This document shows positions 43,401-53,819 of a stretch of DNA of 64,000 nt, one piece after another. The DNA comes from Histomonas meleagridis 2922-C6/04-290x. Taxonomy: Eukaryota; Protista; Parabasalia. Position numbers and translations under genes: made by a program. Position 1 is the stretch's first letter, and each line of letters begins with the position of its first letter. Under the pieces are notes generated by a model. That model made no database searches and had not been told where the DNA came from. It saw nothing but the letters and a program-made list of their open reading frames with translations. Location of the stretch: positions 62,001 through 126,000 of the forward strand of contig JAANOX010000061.1 in assembly GCA_020184695.1 (NCBI GenBank). The letters are read 5' to 3'.

Positions 43401-46149
43401 AGATGTAGATATAAATCAAAAAAATATAAAATTATCTTATTTGATATTTATTTCATTAATTTGATATATCATATGATATCTTGAAAGTAATTTATTTCAT
43501 TTGATACAGCATTAATTATTGCATCACAAAATGGTTACACTGAAGTTGTTAAATTACTTCTTAAACAACAGAAAACTGATGTAAATGCAATGAATATCGA
43601 TTTCCTTTATTAGCAATTTACTTCATTTGCTTGATGTACAAAATTAATATTTGGTATTAATTTAAATGATATGAAACTGCACTTATGTTAGCAACAGAAT
43701 TTGGACATACTAAAATTGTTAAAAAACTTCTTAAACAAAATAATATTGGGATTAATATTAAGAATTTTTATTTATTTCATTACAAATTAAAATTCCTTTA
43801 TTTTATGTTCCGTCATATTACATAATATACATTCAATTGATTTGAAACTTTGCTTATATTAGCATCTAAAAATAATTATGATGAAATTGTTGATTTATTG
43901 GTTAAACAAAAAGGAATTGATATCAATGCAAAAAATGTTTAATTTTGATATTTAATTTTTAATTTAATTATTTAATATTTCAAATGATAATATGATAATT
44001 ATACAATTTTTTCGAAACAGCACTTATTATAGCATCAAATAAAGGATACAAAGAGGTTGTTATGTCTCTTCTTTTACATCTAAATATTGATGTTAATGCA
44101 AAAAATGTTTTATTATTATTCATAATATTTTATATATTTATTTGATGTATTAAAATAATTTATGGATTTTCTTTTATTAATTTGAAACAGCACTTATGTT
44201 AGCATCTAAAAATGGTTATATCGAAGTTGTTGAAATACTTATCGAGCAAAAAGGGATAAATATAAACGAAAAAAATGTTTTATTATTATTTATAATACCT
44301 CATATTTTTATTTAATATTTCATATTAGTTTTTGATTTTTTGATGATTGATTTGAAACATCACTTATGTTAGCATCTAAAAATGGTCATATCAAAGTTGT
44401 TCATAAACTTATCAAGCAAAAAGGAATAGATATTAACGCAAAAAATGTTTTATTAATATTTATAAAATTTCACATTCTTATTTGATGTATTATATAAATG
44501 TTTGGAATTAATTTAAATAATTTGAAACAGCAATTATGTTAGCATCTAAAAATAATTATGATGAAATTGTTTATTCATTTGTTAAACAAAAAGGAATTGA
44601 TATCAATGCAAAAAATGTTTAATTTTGATATTTAATTTTTAATTTAATTATTTAATATTTCAAATGATAATATGATAATTATACAATTTTTTCGAAACAG
44701 CACTTATTATAGCATCAAATAAAGGATACAAAGAGGTTGTTATGTCTCTTCTTTTACATCTAAATATTGATGTTAATGCAAAAAGTGTTTTATTATTATT
44801 CATAATATTTTATATATTTATTTGATGTATTAAAATAATTTATGGATTTTCTTTTATTAATTTGAAACAGCACTTATGTTAGCATCCAAAAATGATTATA
44901 GTGAAGTTGTTGGAATACTTCTGAAGCAAAGATGTATAAATATAAACGAAAAAAATGTTTTATTATTATTCATAATATTTTATATATTTATTTGATGTAT
45001 TAAATTATTTTATGGGTTTTCTTTTATTAATTTGAAACAGCACTTATGTTAGCATCCAAAAATAATCATATTGAAATTATTAAATTCCTTATTAATCTAA
45101 AAATTGATATTAATGCAAAAAATGTTTTATTATTATTCATAATATTTTATATATTTATTTGATGTATTAAATTATTTTATGGGTTTTCTTTTATTAATTT
45201 GAAACAGCACTTATGTTAGCATCCAAAAATGATTATAGTGAAGTTGTTGAAATACTTATACAAAAAGGTGATATAAATCAAAAAAATATTTAATAATTTC
45301 ATTTAAAATTTCATATTAAAATTTAATGTATCAAAATATTTTTTAAAATTCCATTCGTTAATTTGAAACACCACTTATTTTAGCATCTAAATTCAATAAT
45401 ATAAAAACCACTAAACTACTTCTTAAACAAAATAAGATTAACATTAATGATAAAGATATTCGTTTGTTTGAATCAATATTTTCTATTGCTATTTAGTAAT
45501 TCAATAAAATATTTGGAATTTAATGAAATTATTTACAACAGCCTTTATGTGGGCAATAAAATCTGGCAATGTTGAAATTGTTAATTCATTTCTTATACAT
45601 AAAAAACTTTATCTAAATATTGCTAATGTTTATTTGTTTGATTGAAAGTTTTTGGTAAATGTTTTCTGTTTTACAAAAACATATGGAATTTCAACAAAAA
45701 ATTTAAGACAGCACTTATGTTGGCAGCAAAATTTCAGCATACTTCAATAGTTAAATTACTTCTTACGCAAGAACATATCAATGTAAATGCTGTAGATGTT
45801 TATTCGTTTGATTGAAAGCTTTTTGTAATTTTTTTATGTTTCAACAAAGTATTTGGAATTTTATTATTAAATTTAAAACAGCACTTATAATTGCAGCAAA
45901 AAACAACGATATTGAAACTGTAAAAGCGCTTCTAAAAAGTGAAAAAACACTCACAAAAATTAAGGACGATCATTCATTTTTATTAAATATTTTTTCAATA
46001 ATTTTATATTTGCTTGTGATGTTTGGAATTTAGTATAATTATATAAAACAGCATTTATTCATGCTTCAGAAAATGGTTTTACCAAAATCGTTAAGTTACT
46101 TCTTCGTGAAAAGGAAAATGACCACATTGTAATAAAAGACAATCAATAA
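40485..46149 (+). repeat. Interrupted ankyrin array C: 34 stop-free ankyrin units separated by ~80-nt spacers
   Basis: TAL-equivalent codons at 40485, 40655, 40825, 40992, 41162, 41295, 41466, then every 170 bp from 41636 to 43676, every 170 bp from 43847 to 45037, then 45204, 45368, 45538, 45708, 45878 and 46048. Terminal TAA at 46147-46149. Confidence 0.93.
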
Positions 46150-46565
46150 TAAAGATACATGTTTAAATTTTTCTAAAAGCATGGATCTTTTATGGCTCAA
46201 TAAAAAAAGAGTATTTTCCTATTTTAAAATATAGAAGCTGTTTTGAAAAGCACGTTTGCAGTAACTTAGGATGTGAGTTAATCCTGAAGATAATTTTAAT
46301 TCAATTGAATCTTGATAATTTCTTAATTTATACCTAGGACTTGTGTAAAGACATATCCAAAGTTATTGGTTTGTTCTAGGAAAATTAAATTTAAAAATTC
46401 ATGTAGTATCAAATAATAAAAATCAGTGAAAGTTAGGAGATTAGTAAGTTAATTATAAATTCCAAAATGAAGTCATTGTATATGTTTTTAACTTAATGTG
46501 CATCTAATGGAATCTTTTCTTGCAAATAGTCTCATCATAAATTTATTTTAAACGTTCTTTCACTA

Positions 46566-49500
46566 ATGTGCTCCATTTTTTGTTTTTTCTTCTCCATTCT
46601 GACAAATCATGTAAAAGCTCTCTTTATTGAAAGCAATAGTACGTTGGTTATTACCAAAGAGTCTGAATTTACACGAGAATATCAAGGCTTAACAAAATAT
46701 CTTATCATTGACGGAGAAGTAACATTAATTCCACAAAAGAGTTTTACACTATGGAGTAATCTTATATCAGCATACATTGGCAATTCTGTATTATCAATTG
46801 AACAATTTGCATTTTCTTCATGTTCAAACCTCGAAACTGTTATATTTAGTGAAAACTTAAAAACCATCCAACTACATGCATTTCAGCATTGTACATCCTT
46901 AAAAAAGGTAAAAATTCCAGATTCAGTTACTTCAATTTTAGATGGTGCATTTTATCATTGTACCTCAATGACAGATATAACACTTTCAAATTCAATCACA
47001 ACAATTTCTAATTCTTCGTTTTCTATATGTTCTTCATTAAAAGAAATCATAATTCCAAATTCTGTTTTATTAATTGACTTACGATCATTTTCTCGATGTT
47101 CCAATTTAGAAAAAGTTATTATTGGAGAAAATGTGGAAACAATTAAAGCATTATCATTCCTTTCTTGTGTTTCATTAAAAACTATAACAATACCAAACTC
47201 TGTAACTTCAATTGGTACTGATTCATTTTTCATGTGTTCGAAATTAGAAAGTGTTATTTTAGGAGAAAAATTAGAAACAGTTGGGGAATTTTTATTTTAT
47301 TCTTGCACTTCATTAAGAAAAATTACAATTTCGAATTCATTAACAATAATTGGATATCAAATGTTTACTAAGTGTAATTCTTTAGAAAATATTAACATTC
47401 CAAATTCTGTTACTTCAATTGGTTCTTATGCATTTTCAGAGTGTTCATCATTAACAAATATTATAATTCCGGACTCTGTTACATCAATAGGTGATTCTGC
47501 ATTTTCTGAATGTTCATCATTAATAAATATTAAAATTTCAAATTCAATAACAACAATTAAAAAAAGTTCTTTCTTTTATTGTTCTTCATTAACTAAAGTA
47601 ACAATTCCTAATTCAATTACTTTGATTGATGAAAGAGCATTTTATAAATGTTCTAATTTAGAAATAATAAATTTAAGTGAAAATTTAGAAGTAATTGAAT
47701 ATCAATCATTTCATGAATGTACTTCATTGATAAAAATTGAAATCCCAAACACTGTAACATCAATCAAAAGTTATGCTTTTTATTCTTGTTCAAATTTGGA
47801 AGATATAATATTAAGCGAAAAAATAGAAACTATTGAAGAAAATACATTTTCTATTTGCACCTCATTAAAAAATATTACAATTCCAAATTCAATAACATCA
47901 TTTGAAGAATCTGCTTTTTATTCATGTGTTTCATTAACAAATATTAATATACCAAATTCAGTAACTTCAATAGGAAATCGAGTATTTCTAAAATGTTCAT
48001 CATTAGAAAAGATTATTATTCCAGATTCTGTTACATCAATAGGCGTTTCATTATTTCAAGGTTGTCCTTCATTAAAAACATTAATAATTCCAAATTCAAT
48101 CACTTCAATTTCAAATTCAATGTTTGTGGATTGTTCATCATTAATAAATATTACAATTCCAAACTCAGTTACTTCAATTGGAAATTCTGCATTTTTAAAT
48201 TGTAATAATTTAGAAACAATTATAATGAGTGACTTTATTGAAACTATTAATACTAAAGCATTTTCTTATTGTAAATCTTTAACGAAAATTATTATTCCGA
48301 ATTCAGTAATTACAATTAAAGATGAAGTATTTCTTAAATGTACTAATTTAGAAACAATTGATTTTGGAGAAAATGTTAAAGAAATTGGTAATTTTGCGTT
48401 TAAATCATGTTCCAATTTACAATATATTCATTGTTCAAGCGTATTAAATATTGGAGAAGGTTGTTTTTCACATTGTGAAAACCTTAAATATATTTCCTTT
48501 CCAAAAATCGAAAATTGCTCAAAAGATTGTTTTACTGAATGTATTTATTTAAACAGTGTCGAATTACCAGTGCTTAAAAACATTGGAATTTCTGCATTTT
48601 CATTTTGTTGTGATTTAAGAACAATTAATTTCCCGAATGTTATCTTTGTTGATGAATTAGCATTTTCTAATTGTTTATCACTTTCTTCAGTTAATTTACA
48701 AAATGTTCAAATAATCGGTGATAAAGTATTTGAAAAATGTATTTACTTAAAAAATTGTTCTTTTCCTAATCTTATTGAAGCAGGAGAATATGTATTTACT
48801 TCATGTATTTCACTTTTAACATTTGACGCACCAAAATTAACAAAATGTAAAAGTTCTTTATTTCAAGGGCAAAATTCAATCCAAAACTTTTATATGATCA
48901 GTTTAGAATTTGCATCGAATTATTTATTTTCAAATCAAAACATTGATACAATTTATATTCCAAATTGTAAAGAATATGGAAATTCATGTTTTGAAAATAC
49001 GAGTTTTATATCACCACTTGGAACAATACAATATATAGAATTTAATGCCACAAAAGTTGGTGATAAATGTTTTTATAATACATTAAATTTGGCTGCGAAA
49101 TTTCCATATTTAGAATATGTCGGAATTTCATCTTTTTATCGAACTAATGTTAGAGGTACTGATTTTCCATCATTAAAAACTTGTAATGATTTCGCTTTCC
49201 AATATTGTTTTAACTTTGTGAATTTCGAATCATCAAATTTGGAATATCTTGGAAAAGAAGTTTTTAAAGGAACAATTTTAACAAGTTTTATTGCAAATAA
49301 TTTACGTGAAATTGGAGATAGATGTTTTATGAATCAATTTAATCTTAAAGAATTAAATATTTCAAATGTCGAAAAGCTTGGAAATGAATGTTTTCTGAAT
49401 TCATCAATTCAAGAAATTGATTTTCCGAAGCTAAAAATAATTGGATCGAAATGTTTTGGTCATTGTATTAACATAAAGTATTTTAATAATGATATTATCG

Positions 49501-50882
49501 AATCACTTAATGATCATGTATTTCAATCATGTAAAAATCTTGTATCAATTTCCTTAAGCAATTTAATTGAAATCAAACAACAAACATTTGAAAATTGTAT
49601 TAATTTGGAAGATATTTATGTACCAAAATTAAAAAGAATTGGCGAAAACGCGTTTAGAAATTGTTCGTCAATTGAATTCATTGATTTCCAGAATGTTATT
49701 AACATTAATGTTTCAACATTTGAAAGTTGTGAAAATCTTCAAAATGTTGATTTACCAAAATTAGAATTAATTGATGAAAGTTCATTTAGAAATTGTATTT
49801 CACTTATAAATGTTTATACTAATGCTTCTTACATTGGCGTTTCATCATTTGAAAATTGTATAAATTTACAAAATCTTTATTTACCAAATATAGAAACAAT
49901 TGATAAAAATTCATTTAAAAACTGCGTTTCATTAATTTGTATTTCTTTTGATAAAATATCATCAATCGGAATTTCATCATTTGAAAATTGCATTAATTTA
50001 CAAATTGTTAATTTACCAAATTTGGAATTAATTCGAGAAAATTCATTTAGGAATTGCGTTTCATTAATTGATATTTCTTTCCCAAACGTTTTAACTATTG
50101 AATCATCAGCATTTGAAAACTGTTCAAGTTTATTGATAGTTAACTTAAATAAAGTTAAAGAAATTGGTTCATATTGTTTTGCAAATTGCTTTAGTATAAA
50201 AAATGTTTCGCTTAATAACGTTGTAACAATTGAACAGTTTACATTTTTCAATTGTGTTTCACTCGAAACGATCGAATTGAAAAGTTTGGAAACGATCAAA
50301 AGTAATTCATTCGAAAATTGTAAATCACTCAAAACGATAATGTTTGAAGATTTACTTAAAATCGAAGGAGATTCTAATTTCAAAGGATGTTCTTCCCTTT
50401 CGTTTATACACTTACCTTTGCTACATACAGTTCAATCAGATTCAATATATATTTTTGAAAATTGTTCATCATTATCAATTTTATCATTTCCAGATCATCC
50501 TCCAAACTTTAATTCCAAAGTGTTTGAAAATACGAATCGAAGCAAAGTTAATAAAAATGGGCATTTAGTTTATGATATTACACTATGTTTACCTTATGTT
50601 AAGAATTATAATAATTATAATATCAACAACACAAAGGAATGGAATCAAATTCTTGCAATTGAACCAAATAATTATTATGACGTTTGCATTTATACTAAAG
50701 ATACAAAAATAGATCAAAAAGGAATAATTATTGGAGTAACAATTTGCGCAATTGTTTTTCTCGCAATTATTATTGTGGTTTCTGTGCTGTTATATAAGAA
50801 AAATATAAAGAATAGAAGATTAAGAGCTGAAATTGACGAACATATTCTACTGTCATCAGCTGTGGTAACTGATTTCGGTTGA
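46566..50882 (+). CDS. BspA-like leucine-rich repeat (TpLRR) surface protein
   Basis: Dozens of CxSLxxIxIPNSVTSIGxxAF repeats, a signal-like N-terminus, TM helix IIIGVTICAIVFLAIIIVVSVLLY and a basic tail. Confidence 0.96.
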   Translation: MCSIFCFFFSILTNHVKALFIESNSTLVITKESEFTREYQGLTKYLIIDGEVTLIPQKSFTLWSNLISAYIGNSVLSIEQFAFSSCSNLETVIFSENLKTIQLHAFQHCTSLKKVKIPDSVTSILDGAFYHCTSMTDITLSNSITTISNSSFSICSSLKEIIIPNSVLLIDLRSFSRCSNLEKVIIGENVETIKALSFLSCVSLKTITIPNSVTSIGTDSFFMCSKLESVILGEKLETVGEFLFYSCTSLRKITISNSLTIIGYQMFTKCNSLENINIPNSVTSIGSYAFSECSSLTNIIIPDSVTSIGDSAFSECSSLINIKISNSITTIKKSSFFYCSSLTKVTIPNSITLIDERAFYKCSNLEIINLSENLEVIEYQSFHECTSLIKIEIPNTVTSIKSYAFYSCSNLEDIILSEKIETIEENTFSICTSLKNITIPNSITSFEESAFYSCVSLTNINIPNSVTSIGNRVFLKCSSLEKIIIPDSVTSIGVSLFQGCPSLKTLIIPNSITSISNSMFVDCSSLINITIPNSVTSIGNSAFLNCNNLETIIMSDFIETINTKAFSYCKSLTKIIIPNSVITIKDEVFLKCTNLETIDFGENVKEIGNFAFKSCSNLQYIHCSSVLNIGEGCFSHCENLKYISFPKIENCSKDCFTECIYLNSVELPVLKNIGISAFSFCCDLRTINFPNVIFVDELAFSNCLSLSSVNLQNVQIIGDKVFEKCIYLKNCSFPNLIEAGEYVFTSCISLLTFDAPKLTKCKSSLFQGQNSIQNFYMISLEFASNYLFSNQNIDTIYIPNCKEYGNSCFENTSFISPLGTIQYIEFNATKVGDKCFYNTLNLAAKFPYLEYVGISSFYRTNVRGTDFPSLKTCNDFAFQYCFNFVNFESSNLEYLGKEVFKGTILTSFIANNLREIGDRCFMNQFNLKELNISNVEKLGNECFLNSSIQEIDFPKLKIIGSKCFGHCINIKYFNNDIIESLNDHVFQSCKNLVSISLSNLIEIKQQTFENCINLEDIYVPKLKRIGENAFRNCSSIEFIDFQNVININVSTFESCENLQNVDLPKLELIDESSFRNCISLINVYTNASYIGVSSFENCINLQNLYLPNIETIDKNSFKNCVSLICISFDKISSIGISSFENCINLQIVNLPNLELIRENSFRNCVSLIDISFPNVLTIESSAFENCSSLLIVNLNKVKEIGSYCFANCFSIKNVSLNNVVTIEQFTFFNCVSLETIELKSLETIKSNSFENCKSLKTIMFEDLLKIEGDSNFKGCSSLSFIHLPLLHTVQSDSIYIFENCSSLSILSFPDHPPNFNSKVFENTNRSKVNKNGHLVYDITLCLPYVKNYNNYNINNTKEWNQILAIEPNNYYDVCIYTKDTKIDQKGIIIGVTICAIVFLAIIIVVSVLLYKKNIKNRRLRAEIDEHILLSSAVVTDFG

Positions 50883-51460
50883 ATTTCTTCTTTGTTCGAA
50901 TCAATTTTTAATAAAATATCTATTTTTAAGTGTTTAAAAATAAAATGTAAATTCAATTAATTTTTATGCATTTCATAATTATATATTCTGAAAAAATCAT
51001 TTGGAACCAAACTTCATTTTGGCATATAGTATATTTAAATTAATTAAAATATTGAAATTAAATTTTGGATTAATTCAAGTGATTTCAAGATCAAACAGCT
51101 CAACAATTCTTTCAATAGATATACATTTAGAAGCATCAGCAACAATGATGATGTAAAGAATTTCGAGTTGATTTAGAATTAAGAGATGATGAATTAAATA
51201 TTACATATTATGCATATCCTTCGGCTTGTCAAATCATATAAATTAGCTCAACCTGTTTCTAGATTAACAGGTTATGCTGAAATGATTGATCATATTTATT
51301 TGACTGATGATATGACAGTACAACAAACGATTTTTAGTAATGACGTAAGTGTTATGTTAATTTCGGTTCTACTGGATAATATACAATTTATGGTGATTAC
51401 ATTGAACCAATGGATGGGATCTATTGTTTACGAGATTAAAATTTTAATCACTTAAAATAG

Positions 51461-51570
51461 CAAATGGAACGGATGATTGGGTAATCAGTGTAGTTATAAC
51501 TGTTGTTTTGTTGTTTGACGTAGGCGTATACATCTTTATTATAATTAAAAAGCGCAAAACTGAACAATGA
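51461..51570 (+). pseudogene. Orphan TM-helix/stop-transfer fragment of a surface-protein gene
   Basis: Reads NGTDDWVISVVITVVLLFDVGVYIFIIIKKRKTEQ* with no intact upstream ORF in frame. Confidence 0.3.
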
Positions 51571-51906
51571 AGGAAAAGATCACTTCAATCAAAGCGGAAA
51601 CCATAAGCATAAAAATAAAACATGTTACATATAATTTCTATTTTTGTTTATAAGTAGTAATGTATTATAATTGGAATTTATCAATTACATAAAGACTACA
51701 AAATGTTTTACTGCTATTTATCTGTCATTATTTCTAAATGATCGTGAGTGAATATTTTCTTTTATAAAGATCATTTGTCTAAAACAAATCATCAAAATGA
51801 TTTTTATGTTCTTGTGCAATTATTTTAATGTTTTAATACTTAAGAAATTTGACACATTTCACAATTTGTAAAAAAACAAAATAATGAGCCAATGATTTGA
51901 CACCGT

Positions 51907-53085
51907 TTAGTTCGTGCTTTGCCAATGCTTTGCTGCTCTGTCAGCTCCAATTTGTTTGAATTCATCTTTGCTGATCCATGAATTTGACTTATCGGCAGTG
52001 AGATTTGCGAGAACTGTAGCACCGAGATAGACGAGGTAGCGGCGATTTGGTGGATCTTCTACTTTGATCTTGTAGCTCTTAAGTTGCTTTCTGTCATTCT
52101 TGAGAACATTCTTTAATACCAAATTCTTAAGATCGTTCTCAATACGGGTTGAGAGGCCTGGGAACATTGTGGTACCTCCAGAGACAACAATGGATTGGAA
52201 GAATTGCTTACGAAGATTGATATCAGCTTTCATGATGGTCTCGAATATGAGATCAGAAAGTCCTGGTGTTTCAAGACCAAGTTGGTATGGTTGGAAGAGA
52301 ACTTCTGGTGCTTCGAAACGTTCGCCGGAAACTTTGATTACACGGCCATCTGGTAATGTGTATGGAACAACATAAGTTGTGGTCTCTTTGGCAATACGAC
52401 GATCCATTTCAATATCGGCGGAGATGAAGCACATCTTTTCTTTGATTTCACGAACAACATCAAAATCAGACGTCTTATGGAATGTATATCCACGAAGTGT
52501 AAGAAGCTTAACCATATGTTCTGTGATATCACGGCCTGCAATATCCATACGACCAACAAGATGTGGGAGAAGATAGTTTTCACAGATTGGCATAATGTGT
52601 GTAACACCATCACCAGAATCAACAACAACACCAGTAACTAAACCTTGGGCATAAAGAACAAGGATAGCTTGTGGTGAGATTTGAATTGCTGGGAAGTCAT
52701 ATTTTTCGAAGAAGATTTCCATCATCTTCTTCCTGTTTTCAAGTGGATTGAGTGGTGCTTCAGTTACGAGGACTGGATGTTCTGAGCAGTTGATCTTGAG
52801 CTTATTCTTCCAGACGTATTCAAGAACTAATTGTTCATCTTCCCAGTTCTTAACAACACCATGTTCAACTGGGAGAGAGAGATCGAGATATTGACGAACA
52901 TCATTAATTTCATCACAGATCATTTGGTCCTTAAGTTTTGCACGTGAAAATGATTCATCTGAACGAAGAATTGGACGACCAACGGTGTTAGGAAGAACAA
53001 AGTCAGGGATCTGTGATGTACTCATACCAACCTTAAGGAAACCTGTACCAAGGTCGAGAACAACAGGAGTTTTGTTTCCAGACAT
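51907..53085 (-). CDS. ARP2: Actin-related protein 2
   Basis: Actin fold with Arp2-type LTEAPLNPLENRKKM, LYAQGLVTGVVVDSGDGVTH and IKVEDPPNRRYLVYLG. Confidence 0.95.
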   Translation of the reverse strand: MSGNKTPVVLDLGTGFLKVGMSTSQIPDFVLPNTVGRPILRSDESFSRAKLKDQMICDEINDVRQYLDLSLPVEHGVVKNWEDEQLVLEYVWKNKLKINCSEHPVLVTEAPLNPLENRKKMMEIFFEKYDFPAIQISPQAILVLYAQGLVTGVVVDSGDGVTHIMPICENYLLPHLVGRMDIAGRDITEHMVKLLTLRGYTFHKTSDFDVVREIKEKMCFISADIEMDRRIAKETTTYVVPYTLPDGRVIKVSGERFEAPEVLFQPYQLGLETPGLSDLIFETIMKADINLRKQFFQSIVVSGGTTMFPGLSTRIENDLKNLVLKNVLKNDRKQLKSYKIKVEDPPNRRYLVYLGATVLANLTADKSNSWISKDEFKQIGADRAAKHWQSTN

Positions 53086-53580
53086 TTGTGGAAAGTGCTG
53101 AACTTTTTGAATTAAAAATGGGACTTTCTGTTTTGTTTTTTCATATCACATATCACACAAATGGGGCAAATGAAGCAGAGCAAAAAGTGCTCTCAATCCT
53201 TTGTGAAGCCACGATGAAACAAAAAATAATTTCAAATTTTTAGGATTATATTCTCAGAGTTTTTTTCTTTTGCTATGCGTGCTTAAATCAAAAGCCTTTA
53301 ATAGAAGAGAAAAAAGAATGAATTGAATTACACATGTGTAAATTTGGGTATTCCTTTATTAAAATAAAACAATATTGGCTTACATTCATTTTAAAATTGA
53401 AAAAAAAATATAATCCATTTCTCCATCAATTAAGTTTTATAAAATTCTTTTCTAAAATCATGAAAAACATCTAAAATAATAATTTTATAAGATGTTTGAA
53501 TAAAATTTTATGTAAAATATTGTTTTTTCCAAACCATAGTAACCAATTTAAAGGAAGGTGCAAAATTATATAAAAAAATT

Positions 53581-53653
53581 TGCCTGCGAGCGGAGTCGAA
53601 CCGCCGACCTTTCGCTTACAAGGCGAACGCAATAACCACTATGCTACGCAGGC
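53581..53653 (-). tRNA. tRNA-Thr(UGU)
   Basis: GCCTGCG/CGCAGGC acceptor stem, TAGCATAGTGG D-arm, TTCGC-CTTGTAA-GCGAA anticodon arm (TGT) and GGTTCGACTCC T-loop; 73 nt. Confidence 0.96.
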
Positions 53654-53819
53654 TGTTGTTTAATTAAAAATATAATGATTTATATGAATTATATAGAAAT
53701 TTTCTACAACATAGGAGAATAAATAATTGTTTAAGCTTAAATAAATAAACAGTTGAAAAATGTAAGGAAGGGTGTGTATTTTATATCACAATTATGAAAT
53801 CTTATCAAGACTACCTTTG

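Noticed and set aside
44107-44190. Canonical GT-AG introns in the spacers (GTTTT...GAAACAG)
   Set aside because: Splicing from the GT after the Asn codon to the AG in ACAG joins AAT to CA-CTT, which is out of frame. Most spacers begin with AT or TT, several units start ACT/TTT/ATA/AAT with no AG, and the ACTAAC branch motif is absent.
40575-46047. Simple -1/+2 ribosomal frameshift reading through each spacer
   Set aside because: Stop positions vary. Some spacers stop at codon 2-5, some have none in the incoming frame, and several have multiple stops. Read-through would also insert ~27 hydrophobic residues between ankyrin repeats. A longer bypass is not excluded.
40485-46149. CRISPR-like repeat-spacer array
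   Set aside because: The 'repeats' are 90-nt divergent protein-coding units, the 'spacers' are homologous to each other, the context is eukaryotic, and there are no cas genes.
53581-53653. tRNA-Thr(UGU), which decodes the ACA that starts most ankyrin units, lying ~1.2 kb from array D
   Set aside because: It is a single ordinary tRNA with no unusual features, and its proximity is easily coincidental.
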